This document shows positions 23,365-36,149 of a stretch of DNA of 57,782 nt, one piece after another. This DNA is from Klebsormidium nitens (Eukaryota > Plantae > Klebsormidiophyceae): the NCBI GenBank assembly GCA_000708835.1, contig DF237524.1:1-57782 (forward strand), given 5' to 3'. Below the pieces are notes generated by a model that searched no databases, was not told where the DNA came from, and saw only the letters and a program-made list of their open reading frames with translations. Each line of letters opens with the position of its first letter. The first letter of the stretch is position 1. A program made the position numbers and the translations under genes.

Positions 23365-25579
23365 CGTAGGGGCAGAAGGGACTTCCAGCGCCTTAAGTAT
23401 GACTTCCTCAACAACTTCGCTTGGAGGCTTTCAAAAGGACCACAGGGAAACAGCACCGACTTCTCGCATTGCTCTGATACAGTTACCCGAGCAGCGCGTT
23501 CTGCTTCTTGCTCAAGCTCTTCTTGACTCGACATCTCGTGCACCAATCCCTATAGCAGAATATGAGCAGCAACGCCGAGCTTTAAGATGCAAGAATGACC
23601 ATGTCTCAACCAATAGAGCGCGCTCTTCTTCGGCTGCTGCCTTTTGTGCCCTTTGCTGTTTCAGAAAAGCACTTTCAGGCGAGTCTTATGAAGCAGAGTC
23701 TTTGACCGTTGGTAAAAGACATTGTTTTGAAGAGCTGTATTGAATTTACTAGAGCAAACTGGGAACATGTTGCACATTGAGTCAGCCATGCACATATTAC
23801 CTAACGGCCGCGGTATATGCTATTACGCACTGATGGTGTATGATGTGGCGTGTGTCATGCAATATTGAAAGGCTCCGATCTCTTATTTCTTGGACTCATT
23901 TCGGTCACCACAACGCTAGCGCTGGTCTGGAATCGCAGGGTGGACTCGTTCATGTTCAGCTAGGTTGGATGAAGCGTGCAGTAGACTGGAGTAGATTCTG
24001 TGAGCGCTTCAATCCGCGACGGTATCATCGATCACGTAACGAGCTTCAACGCCTTGCCAGATGGTTGATAAATTCGATAATAAAGGTATCGAAATATGAA
24101 AGCTGGTGAGAAAGGTCATTGACAATGATATTGTAGGTATCTTTGACGTCGCAGCTTGCCAAAAAAATATACTGAACGCTTTAGCATGTCCAAGGCTTTG
24201 CGTGCTATCATAGGCAGGGGCATCCTTCAAGTTCCGGCCTTCTGCACGCGCCGCCGCCGGCCCTCGCGGCGAGATCATGCGCAGCTAGCCAGCTGCGCAT
24301 TGCGGCAATTGGTCCGATCTTGTGCCGCCGGCCGCGGCGCCGCATCGGTACGCGGCCGCCGCCTCAATCGACGGGTTTGAGAGAGGTTTGCGCTGTTTCA
24401 GGGTCAGTCATGCGCAGATGAGTTCAAATATGGCGGGAATTTGATCAATTTGAGCACGCCTGTGGCAGTTCTGCCTTGTCTTTGGGCATGTCAGTCAGGA
24501 TACCCCTGTGAATGGAGGCATACTACCGTACCGCCGAGGGAATTCACCACCTTTTTGTGCGAATAATTAATTTCGAAAGATTTCATGTTTCACCTTGGGA
24601 TTTGGAAATTTATTTTACATTTCGCACAAAACCGCATTCTGCTTTTTTTGCCTGGTATTTGAGCAGAATCTTGCACTTTCCTATTACTTTCTTCATTTCC
24701 GTCTTTTCACCCTCAGGTTCCCATTTAGTTTCAAAATTTTCACACTGACCCCAAAATATTTAATTTCAGGTGAATTCCCTTGGCGGTACGGTATGATTGG
24801 AGCGCTCAAGCCTCAGCAACATTTGGTGCAGGCAGGGAAAAGCCTGGGAGGAGATTCAAGAGTTGAGGACTTCATGGAGCAGGGAAATGGAGTGGGGAAT
24901 CGATTTGCGGTGTTTTGAAAAGGCATCATTTTGCAGCCGAGATGTTTCCAGCCGAGTGCCCCAGCCTCAATGAATATCAGATCACGGGCTACTTGGAATA
25001 AAGGTGAGGCATGTACTCTGGTCCCCGGAACAGGATTGCCACGTTGTTTGTCTGTTTGTGTGGATGATCCATTTAGGCTGGTCTCGAAACATGCTTGGGT
25101 AAGACTGATATGGGCGTAGCTACAAGTTTCAGTTACTCTGAACCACCATTGATTTGCTTTGATAAGGAGTGGGTTGGGAATTACCACGAAGAATTTTGGC
25201 ATCCGGATCAATTCCTCAAATTGGAGGCCAAGAGTACCGGGCCTGCTTCTCATACATGGACGGGCATGAGGGTAAACCAGTGTAGTGTACAAACCGAAGA
25301 GTCCTGTTGATTATTTTTGTGTCCTTTTTAATTTTACCAAAGGTAAACCAATTCGCTCCTTCTCTTATAGCGTGTTCATCTTTCAGCCTGATTGTTTGAG
25401 TCATGTTTGGGCAATGTGCATAGTCTGAGTTTGATTCGACCGTTGAACATCACCGTTTGTTGTGATGCAGGCAAAGGCCTCCCCGATTGAAGCGGTGACC
25501 ACTTCTTTGCGGCACCACTAATCAGCATCAGCCTCTCGCAAACAGATTGTCTTGAATCTTCAGGACTCTGGCCTAGCAG

Positions 25580-28500
25580 CTCTCGGATGGAGTGTCCTTA
25601 GCATCTACAATGGAACTGCATTCCATAGGGGAGAAACCGTACGGCAGAGAAGACGAAGGCCTTCGAAGAACAGCGTTTTTCCCCTATAGGAACACCCAGT
25701 CTGAGCAAAGTGAGAGAGGACTGCAAAACGAGGGAGTAACGCCTGTTTCCGGAGGCTATGAAGATGGTCAGACTCCTCTGCCCTCTTTGAACACTTTGCC
25801 TGCCCCTTCAAACATTGCCAAGAGTAGAAACCCCCCTTTTGCTGGCCATCCCGCTTTCCCTTCTCCACAGCCCCAAAACGCTCGATCTCAATGGCAAAAG
25901 GTGCAAGCCCCTCAGGAAGAGTTGGGGGACGAGCCTCCGGCAAAGGGGGGTAGATTGACAGGGACGGTGGTGCAAACGGCACCCCCCGAGAGGGATGCTT
26001 TCGCTGCAGCTGCTGCGGGCCTTGCGGCGGCTCTTAGCCCCCAGTCAGGGGCTGCCTCAGCATTTAGCTCTGCTAACACTCAGATTCTCTCTGGGCTTCG
26101 GAAAGGGAGAGCGGCAGATTCTCTGGAGCCCTCCAGCGCTGGAGAAAGCGCCGGTGATATAATGCCAGGCAGGTTTACAAGGTGGGGGAGCGCCAACCAA
26201 AGAGGCGGGGGCGCCTATGATGGGGCAGCGAATGTTTGGGATCTGCAGACAGCGATTGGACAGGGGATGCTAACCGAGTGGGGAGAAAAGAGGGGCTCGG
26301 CAGAGGAAGGAGTGTTGCAGAACGACGGGCGGAAGTCCGCTTCCGAGCACGATAAGCTGAGGGGATCCGGGGAGGGCGGGGTGCCTGATTGGGACGCAGC
26401 GTTGTTTGGGGAGTATCGGTCTGGGCGACAAGAGAGCAGGAACAACGCTGCTTTATTGGCAGGTGCGCCTGCGTCGGACTCCGCCACAAGAGCAAGAAAT
26501 GTTGGGGTATTACAGCAAGAAGAAGGGGGGGCGCAACGGAGCACAGAAAGGAGGGGGAGGGATCCTCGAGGGTTTGGGGTTGACAGAGTGGGCTCAGCCG
26601 GGACAGGTGTAGACTTGAGAACGCGGTCAGAACAAAGTGCAGCTGGTGGACCATTTGAGGGCGAGTTTTTTCAAGAGGGGGAAGGAAACGGAAGGTCAGG
26701 TTTGAGCGATGGTCAAGGCGTGAGGCAGGGGCCTGCTGCAGGGCAGGGGACAAATCAAAAGGCGGAACGGGGTTTGGTGAAGGGCGGGGATCGGGATCTT
26801 GAGGGAGTGAAAGCGGAGAACCGCAGACGAGAGGGAGGGCGGAGTCCGGCCGATGCGAGTTGGAACGCGAAGGACGTGCTGTCGCAGCAGACAGAGATGC
26901 TGGCGCTGATGCAGAAGCAGGTGAGGGGTCGAACTCAATCAGAGATGTTCTTCCGCTTGACATTTGTTCGAAGTGCGTGTTGACAGTTGACCATGTTGAA
27001 CGGTTGAACGGCTACTGATCGGATATGGAACAGCTAACTCGGATGGAGATGCTGTAAGGAGGGGGGAACTGTGCGTTGGGTATGAAGTTATATTGGGGCG
27101 TGCACTCACGGAACTTCATCGCAAAGAGGTGTACGATCCGTTTCTAGCCCAGGGTCTGCTGTCTAGCACAGAAGGTAGGTGCAAAAAGAGGTTAAGAACC
27201 CGTTATCTGGTAGTAAAGGAAATCTATCAGGGTCATAAAAGCCCAAAAGAAGAGGCCTTAAACATACGAAATCAGACTCTCGAAAATCAGCACATGCAGT
27301 ACCAAGACGAATCATTGCGCTTTTACTCGAAATTGACACAAATGCAAACGCAAGCACTTCTTCTCTGCCGCCAGGTTGACCTCCTCCAAGCCCTCCTGGT
27401 TAAGCAGCAACCCGCTGCTAAAGCCGTCACCAACCCCACAACCCGGCCTGCTGTCACCACCTCCGCTGTCAACACCTCCTTTCTGCCGCCAAATCCGAAC
27501 CCCCATTTCGATTCCCATTCGGCGGATCGAGTAGTAGCACGACGCCAGGTGGCAGAGATCGGGACAAACACGTCGCTTGCGTGGCCTGCCCCAACTCCCA
27601 TCCCAAACGGCTGGAACTCTGTTCCTGTCCAAATCGCAACCACGGGAGCTGGGGAGGTATACTCACAACGGGGGGCAAAAGCAGGGGTTTTTCAAAACGA
27701 CGAAGAGAGCGAAGCGTTTGAAAGGGACTTCTCAGAGGGCCAAAGGAGAATCAAGGGCAGAGGGAAGGACGGGAAAAGTGAGCGGCCGAGGGAAGGAGGG
27801 GTCAGCGAAGTAAGAGCAGAATCGACGGTGCAGCAGTTGAGCGACTACCGGACAGAATTCGAGCCCGACTTCGTTGCTGCTCCTCCCCAAGCGTACGGAA
27901 TCGGGACTGCTCACAGGTCCGGTTTGGACGGTCGTTCCGGGACTGAGGTCAGCAAACCCAGGCAAACGGCGTCTGCTGACGTCAGCAAAGACGGGCGAGG
28001 GCATGCCTCAGAGCAACGTCCTGTGGAGCCGAGAGAAAGACCCGCAGGGCGGGGTGTGCGAATGGATGCTGCAACGGAAAGGCCTCATCTTGAATTTGGC
28101 ACGGGCGGGTTTGACGGCGGCGAGCCGAATGGTAACGCCAGCGCCCAGCGGGGTGACGTCAGGGGCGACGTCATAGAGGGGGAAGAGCAGGGGTGGCTCA
28201 GCAGCCGGTCCTCTTCGGCGTCGTCTCTGGTGCTCTCGGAACTAGCGGCACCTTTGGAAAGAGCGGATGAGGATGGCGGTTTTGAAAGTCGGCGGGGGGA
28301 AGAAGAAGACACGGCGCATGCGCAACATTGGGAACGGGAAATGAGGGGCCATGGTACAAACGAGCGAGCAGGCGAATCGCTGTTACAAAGAAGGGAAGTG
28401 CGAGAACGAGATCTCGGAGGTGGCGACATCCATGAGAGGGAGCTCGGAGCTCTTCGGGACGGGTTAGCAGCAGTTAGAAACGAGACCGGAGGGGTGCAGA

Positions 28501-30137
28501 CAACTGACGGAGGCCCTCCCAAAGCGGGAGCTGTTTCGTTGGAAGCCCTGAACGGTTTTGTGGCAGGAAGAAACGGTGGAAAAGAGAGGGACGTCGGAGC
28601 TAGGTTCTCTGACGCAGGGGTCCGCTTAGGAACTTCAGATCATCGACGAGTTCCCCGCAAACCAACGGGAAAGCTTGAAGGGGGAGGGGAGTTTGGCAGG
28701 CGAGGCGAGCGGGTTGAGAAAGCATTCCTCGGAAGCGGTTGGGGCGCAGGGGGCGGAGCACCGGTTCTAAAGGCGCACCTGCTTGACATCCCGCAGATCA
28801 AGTACGTGCCGCTCTCGGACGACGATGACAGCGAGGCCGAAGAAACAACCGGACGGTTTCGGACGGCTGACGTCTTGCCACGTGGCAGCTTTGCGACCAA
28901 TGGGGGGCCACGTGACAGACTGGGACGTGAAGACGGGGGGGAGAGCGATGGCAAGGAGAGGGCGAATGGGGTGGTGCCACGTGGCGCCTTGCGGGAGCGA
29001 GGGGGTATCGAGAAGAAACGAACGGCTGAGCGTTCTGGGTCGGAGTTAACCCACGACGGGTCAACGTATCTGGTGGACTTGTCGGTGGACTCCCGGCGGT
29101 ACCTAACCCAGCACGGTCTGTTGCAAACCCGCAGCCGGCCGCCAACTCTGAAGCCACTGGAAGAGGATCGGGTTTTGCGAAACCAAGATCCGGATGACAG
29201 CCTAGAAATGAGCGAGAGGGGTCTTGAAACGGGTATCGACTCGTCAGTCTGCGAAAGGGGAGGAGTTTGGGGCGAAAGCGGGGGAGGGGTTTGGGAGGAG
29301 CGGAGTCGGGTCTTGAGGGCCGCTCAGATTGAGGAGTGCGACTCCTCGATGTTTCTCAGCGGTACGGAGGTGCGGCTCGCGGGGGCGGCGGAAGCGCCAC
29401 CGTTGTGGGCGACCGACTCGATGGCTGAGGTAAGCACTACACGCAGCTTCTTTGTGTTCTTGGCCGATGCTTATGGGTTTGCACACGTCTTCTAATTTGG
29501 GTCTTGATGGACATCTTTGCGCTGTTGGTGCTTTGAGCCTGAACATGATCTTTTCTCTGGGGAGTATGCGTCGGTGAGAGTTTCGTAGGACAGGTTGAGG
29601 AAGCAACGCTGGGGTTGCTGCTCGGAAGTCCCTCTGTGTTGTATTCTGAGGCTGGACGCAACCTTTTCTGGGCGGTTCACTTCCTTGAAGAAGATCGTAG
29701 AAATTGGGGTCGAGATAGCAACGCTGAGCTTGCTTATTCAAGAACTTTTTGGGGAAGAAGCGGGGAATCAAAGTCTGTCTCACAATCTTGAGAGGCGTTT
29801 CTATAAGTCTGAACTTTCTCCTCTGCTGCACCGTTTATCAACCTGGCCCCCTTCATCGGTTGGTCGACTCAAATCTTTCAACCTTGAGTGAAACTATTTT
29901 TTGTCGGCGCTTTTCCTGCCTATTCATCAGCATATGCCGCCTTGCGGAAGATGCTCTGTTGTGAGTAAGGCAAACCGCCCACATTGACTCCCTCTTCTTT
30001 TCTCGCAGGGAAGCACCCTCGCTGCTGACGTCAGCCGCCCCGGCAGCACGCACTCGGCCGCGCCGCCGCTTGCGGCGGAAGCCTCGGGGAATCTCCTCGA
30101 AGCCGTGCGGCGCAAGAGGTTGCCCAAGCTCAGGTAG
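25580..30137 (+). CDS. Large low-complexity protein with STIL/SAS-5/Ana2-like motifs (candidate centriole assembly factor); 5' end unresolved
   Basis: Three phase-0 spliced exons: ~25580-26920, 27375-29429 and 30009-30137. Motifs in order: PAFPSPQP (~25850), a short coiled coil VLSQQTEMLALMQKQ|VDLLQALL spanning the first intron, IPQIKYVPLS (~28790), DLSVDSRRYLTQHGLLQ (29076-29126), and C-terminus GNLLEAVRRKRLPKLR*. The CDS itself is well supported; the STIL assignment is an inference. Confidence 0.6.
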
Positions 30138-30330
30138 TGCCACGTGGCGCCCCCATAGCGCCCGCAGAGTAAAGGCCCTGTTTCGTGGCCGCTTGTTGAG
30201 CTGGCACCACGTCACGGAGTGCGCGCGAGCGACCGCGCCCCGGGGCAGGCCATGCAACGGACCGGTGCCACGTGGCGCCCAGGTGGCGTGCCGCCTGAAC
30301 CGTTGAGGGGCGCCGCAACCGCCCACGTGT
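30138..30330. promoter_or_regulatory. Cluster of G-box (CACGTG) motifs
   Basis: TGCCACGTGGCGCCC is exact at 30138-30152 and 30266-30280, CACGTG lies at 30324-30329 and CCACGTCA at 30207-30214. A strong donor AG|GTAAGC follows at 30398. Function is not demonstrable from sequence alone. Confidence 0.35.
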
Positions 30331-32264
30331 TGCGCCCACGAAAGATCTGCGCCGATCGCTCTGCGTTCGTCTTCAAACGGGAGAGAGCCGTTTCCAGGTA
30401 AGCAAGCTGGTCAAGCGGTATGTCTGGTGCAGAACGTCACTGAAAAGGTCTAAGATTCCCGTGTCTTCTTTCGTGAGGTGGTTTTTGCGGGCTGCCGCGC
30501 GTTCGTTTTGCCGCTTTGCGCCATGCTTGGTCGCCTGCGTGAAAAGTAAGATTCGGCCAATCCGGTTTCGAGCCCTTTGATACATCTGATTGTGAGCATT
30601 GGTACAAATCAAGCGAGACGGTCAGCGTCGCATCACCCTGCTTGAGAGTGGGCGGCAGCTGATTGTTCTGTTTCATTTCATTACTAGACCCTTTTCTTGG
30701 GGTCTTAGGAGGCGTCTGGAACAGGTCCCGTTTCTGTGTTTTACGACCCCAATCTTGTTTGTAGGTGGAAAGGGTTACCGTTTCGAGAGCAAGCATTCTC
30801 TAGGAATTACGACCATTTACGTGCGCCTTTTTGACATATTCTTTTCAGGAGACGGACCTGGAGTCGGGATGTGGCTGCATCGTAAGGATGTGCCTACGAG
30901 GCTACGGCTTGAGTCAGCTACCAGAAACAAGGTTGCACCCTAAAGGTTGAAAACGGTTTGTTTGAACTTTCCCTTTGCTTCTGCTTTGCCGCAAGGCGAC
31001 AAGTCACGGCAGGTAGCAGTCGCAACAGCTCCTGCGACAGTATCGTAACACTGGCGACACGCAAAGATGGCATACGAAAATGACGAGGACAAACCACCAC
31101 ATGCTCCTAGCGAACCCGAGGGGTGCGAGCTCATAGAGTCGGTGACGCGCAATGCACCCGCATAGAGTTACTCGTATGCAAGCCACGTCTTGCTATGGTA
31201 AAGCCATTAGGAGGTCAAAGAGACCGAAGGACGTATGGCGTTCGAAAGCAGCCCCCCTTCTTCGGGATGGATTAGCATTGCAGCAAGCTGAGCGGGCTAG
31301 CTGCAGATGCACAATTTCTACAGTAATTTGTCGTCGTGTTTTGACATCGCATGCGCACACTTTGGCAGTAATCTCGCATGCAGCGTGCAGTGGATAGCAT
31401 GCAGCGTTTTCGCGTGTATTGCCATTGATGACCCAGTTGACGCCATACTGAGTACCTTGAATACCGCTGTATATACCTCGATGGGCATGCGAAGTATAAT
31501 TCAATATCAAGTTAATCACAGTCTAATTAATAAGATATGCAGACCGATCGCATAGTGCCTTGGACCTGCGCCGCGGCTTCTAATTCTAACATGCACCACA
31601 CATTAATGCATGTGTAACAGATAATTTCCGGCCGGCGCTCATGCATCATTGATCATGATAAGCCAATGGCGTTTGACTACGGCGCATGTTTGATTAAAGA
31701 GACCATTCAAGATATCGATCAAGATTCAAGATTCAAGATGGATCATTACATCCGGGTAACTGAGCTCTAAGGCTCAATCCGCGTGCAAGGCAACCTTGTG
31801 TAATCGAAATTTGATCAAGGCGCTGCATATATTGTAACTTTCAATGCAACGCCTCCGATATGCTATAGCTTAGTAGGCTGTGGATTATAAAATGAGGTCA
31901 CCCGTCCGGTCTCCTCGAACTGTCACTGCATACGGCACAAGGCTTGGCGGCGCACTAAGTTCGTTGCGATTCATATGATCTTTCTTATTCTCTGCTTTGC
32001 ACGCGCTACAACACGTAGGATCTACCGTATCTTCCAGAACGTTCACTCAATTCTAGCCGCTGTAACCCCGCCTCTTTGCTACAAGGACAATCTTGTACCT
32101 TGAAATGTTGTACCAATGAGAATGCAAGACTCAATAACTTAAGCGTCCGGTCAGCTCGCCGTTTTCGAAAACTTCATCTGTCTTGCTTTCATCCTAACTG
32201 CTCCACTCCACCTCTGCCTAGGTGTCAGGAGGGGCTACGACCCGTGTCAGTCAACAATTTCAAT

Positions 32265-34823
32265 TCAGTAGGTTGCGTTTGTGGTTGGTTCAAGCCCGGT
32301 TAGCGTGACAGGGTACATCTTCGTGTTGATTGCCGGCTCGCAAGCGTCCCCAAAGTGGATGATGGGCAGTTGTATGGTCCCGTTTAGGAACGGGATGTAT
32401 CGGTCCTGGTTATCTTGCTTCCAGATGATCATTTTCTCAAACTGGTCGCCGCAGTTGTGAAGCGGGCACGAGGTTTGGTTAACCAGGTCGCAGTTGACAT
32501 GCTGCAAAAAGGTTGAGAGATGGGTTGGCGTCAGTAACTTAAATCAAAGGAAACGATGCGCACGTCTCAATGTTCATTGGGCACTTTTTGGAAGTAATTG
32601 CTGGCGGAGTCAACCAGCCGAAATCTGTTGTTGAGTTGTCAATTCCACACAGCAGAATCGTGAATAGGTCCACTGGTCGCTTCCATGAGTGACACCTGGC
32701 TGCCTGTGAGAGCTACTCGCCCATAACAAAGGCTTGCAGCTCCACAGCGGTTTGTGAAATCATCGGATGCTTAGAAAACCACCTGCGGTTCACTCATTGC
32801 AGTAAGCTTTTGAAAATATCTGACTTTCAGAGACCGATTAAGAAGATTCGGATTTAAAACCTTGGGCACCTGGGGGAGTTGCGCGCGACATTGATGCGCT
32901 TCTCAAGGCAGCTTCTTTGAGATAACCAGCCCGATTAAGAGATTTATCACTTCAGGCTTTGTATAACTCTGCCACTCCTGGACACATCCATTCAGACTGC
33001 GCTCACAACTGCCCCACATTTTTTTCACAAGGGTCAACTTGCCCAAAGTAGATCGAAAAGCGTGAGCAGACTTGCTTAAGGCCTGCCTAGAAAGAGTGGG
33101 CAATATTTGCAGGCAATCTTGCAACTCTGATAGATATCACCGCTAAAATTTGATGCAAAGAGTCTCATGCAGAAGGCAGTCAGCAGTTACATCAAGACTC
33201 ATTCCAGGGCACCTTAGTCTAACAATCTCACTTGACTTATGCAGCATTAGGAAGATATTCAAAAAAAGGGTCTTCCGTTGGCTGCATCTAAAGTGCCCCT
33301 TTTGCATAATTTGAGCTCATCGGACCAGGTATTAACCGACTTCACAGCAAAAAGGCGAAACCTTTGTGCCAGCAACACCCACAAACAACAGAACCACTGG
33401 TCTGCACTGAACGCTTGGCATCCTGCCCGATGTCTATAAGCTTGTTCCTACATTGAGCGGCGCATCCCTTGTGGAAGGTGCCCCAATGCTCTACTATCCA
33501 ACAAACAGGCATTTGCTTAAAGACCTGACTGATTGATGGTTCGACTGTGACATGGATGCTGTGATTGGCTGTGGTTTGAAGGCATAAGGCAACTAGCTTT
33601 GACTAAAGAAGTCGGTGTCAAGAGCAAACCAGAGCTGAGCTAAACCGGCTGAACAAGTCACTGTCAACAGAATCGTGATTGATCACATCCCTTCAAACAA
33701 GAGATCCCACTTTGATTGACCCGGTTCTCAGACATCGAATTCAACAATGCCAGTCATGCCATCAATCAAAGTGGAAATCAGACGAAGTTTCGATTGATGT
33801 AAGTGGGTCTCGGGCGCTCACCTGAATGGACTCCATCGCTTGGAAAACAGGCCCATTGCCACAGAGGAGGGACTCCCCAGGTCCGCAAAGAATCCGCCGC
33901 GACCGCTGCGGGTGGCGCCGCAAAAACAGGCGGGCGCCCATCATATCGCCCGGGTCTTCCGTCACCGGCGCAGGCTCCGTGTCAAAATAATGCATCAGCC
34001 AGTAGAAGAAGTTCTCCATCGTTTCAACGTCCCAGAGCGCGACTTGTGTCGTCCAGTCGAATGCCGAGACCCACCCCTCGGGGAACCGCGTGAAGAAGGA
34101 AATGTCTTCGTAAAGGCCGACGTCGTTGTCGAGGAAGAGAGCTCGTTGGTAGCCCTCCGCTCGCAGGATCTGTGCCGCCATGCCGAAACGCGTGTACATC
34201 AAATCCCAGAAGCAGGTCGTGATGTTGAGCCGCTTGCAGTACGCTTTGTGCTTCTGGTCGAACGTTTTGAACAATGGGCCCTGTTCCAGGTCGTCAATCC
34301 ACCGGATGTTGATCCGGTACGTCCCCAGAAGCGTAATCATTTCAGGGTGCCGCGTAATGACCTCCTTCGGCAGCAGGAAAATGATAGGCGCGGTGGGGTT
34401 CGAGATCCGGGCCACCAGCACTGCCTTTAGGTAAAAGAGGTCCCCGAGCGGCGTTCCGGGGGGGAACTTTGTGTAGGCAGCTAAAAACACAATGGCCGTC
34501 CCCTGGTCCCCCCCAGATCTGCACTTGACCCCGTTTGCAAAAGGCCGGCCACAATGGTTGCTGATGAACCCTTGGAAGAGGGACGAGTCGACGCTAGAAT
34601 AGATTTGCGCCTGTCGGTCTGAGGAGAAGGACAGCCGAAGGGGGAGTTGCGAGATGGCAAAGAGAACCAAGCACATTGCGCAGACGCCCACAAGGCTCGT
34701 CGGCTTGGCCGCCCGCCCCCACGCGTCTCCAAAAGCGGGCGCCATTCTGAGATCTGGCGCCCCAGTTCCCTGCCCCCCTGTGTTTTCAGAGTCTTGAACA
34801 ACTTGTGTCTTTTGAGTCCTCAT
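32265..34823 (-). CDS. Type II membrane glycosyltransferase-like protein (GT-A fold, DxD motif), two coding exons
   Basis: Exon 33822-34823 has an N-terminal hydrophobic anchor (LVGVCAMCLVLFAISQL), a beta-strand AIVFLAAY, and RALFLDNDVGLY (DND). It ends in CAG|GTGAGC and splices in phase 0 to exon 32265-32501 (HVNCDL...LPIIHFGD...NATY*). Confidence 0.75.
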
Positions 34824-36149
34824 TCCCCGAAAAAGCAGCACCTCTTTCACCCCACAAAATACAATGCCAGCAGGCGACAGAAGCGGGTGGTCTTTCTTCA
34901 GCTCTCTAGAATGGCTTCGTCGTCTGTAGTGCAAATGCCGTGCTGCCAGCCAACGACAGATCAGATGAAATGCTGGAGCCTGGGAATTGGAGTCGGGTTT
35001 AGCTAGCGACAAACTTCAAAAGGCGACAAATGAGGAGGCACGCTCGAGCCTCACGTGCGCAACGGGTCGACCGTACGCCATCTTCGTCGAAAAGTGTACG
35101 GATGGAACCATGGTACATACCTATTCACATAGGTATACTTGACTTGTCTGACGGAATCCTGATTCTCTGGTTGCGGTACCCACTGGTACACAGGTTGCCA
35201 GATGGCAAGCTCTCCGCGAAATTGTAGAGATTCGAATCTTAAAATGTTGATAGCCCCTCCATTCTCGAAAATTAATGTCAAAATAGGTAAGGTATGTCAA
35301 AGTTGCCCGATGCCCGCAGAGAACATGACGGGTGCAATGATCGCATTGAGTGATCACTCTAGCCTTAGGCGCATTCACTGAGTCACGTGCAGGACCAGCC
35401 TTCTACCTAGGACCAGTAGGCCGCGCGCAGGCAATGCGTATCTAAATGCAAAAACTGGGTATGATGGACCATTGAGGGTCCACTTTCGAGCCAATTGCTC
35501 ATGAGTCATGAACTTATGACTGAAGTTATCGATCACTCACATTGCATTGCCCGGCCAGCCAGCAGTAAACAAAGACCAATTGTGAACACGGCACCAGGGT
35601 TTAAGCTGGAAAGCAATGTACCATGTTAGGAAACGGTCGGAGGCCTGTCATTGCTAGAAGGCCAGGTTCGATCAATGGTCTGATCATAATTTCATAATTG
35701 GTGCATAACTTAACAGCGAGTGGCCCAAATATGCCACAACGAGCCACAGTCTGGAGCGGCTTCCCCTCTGATGGAACTATATGACATTCGCAATCTGCTC
35801 ATTCCAGATTTGCCCACCTTAAACAAAGTTGGAGAGATTTCTAACTCAAACCTTTCATGTCCGCCCATTCATTTCAGCGCCTCACAGCCCATTTGCATCC
35901 GAAGAATATGGATGCTGAATAGGATGTGTACCTGAAATGGCACTTATCTGGCCGCAGAACATCGTGCTCAAGATGTCCTTGAGCACGAGAACATGTTTCC
36001 TTCAAATCGAATATTACTGTTGTTTAGACGGGTCGATTTCTCTGTAAATGACAGGGCTACATACTTATGCAAGTATTTGCGACATTGCAAACATCAAGAC
36101 CGACTCCCATGTATCAAGTGTCATCACATCTGTCGGCCAACGTCCTGCC

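Noticed and set aside
24400-25580. STIL N-terminal domain in the upstream exon candidates (e.g. GEFPWRYG, YSEPPLICFDKEW)
   Set aside because: I could not splice them into a frame with convincing similarity; left unresolved rather than called.
26175-29157. Many 100-260-aa minus-strand ORFs
   Set aside because: They are antisense shadows of GC-rich, low-complexity plus-strand exons.
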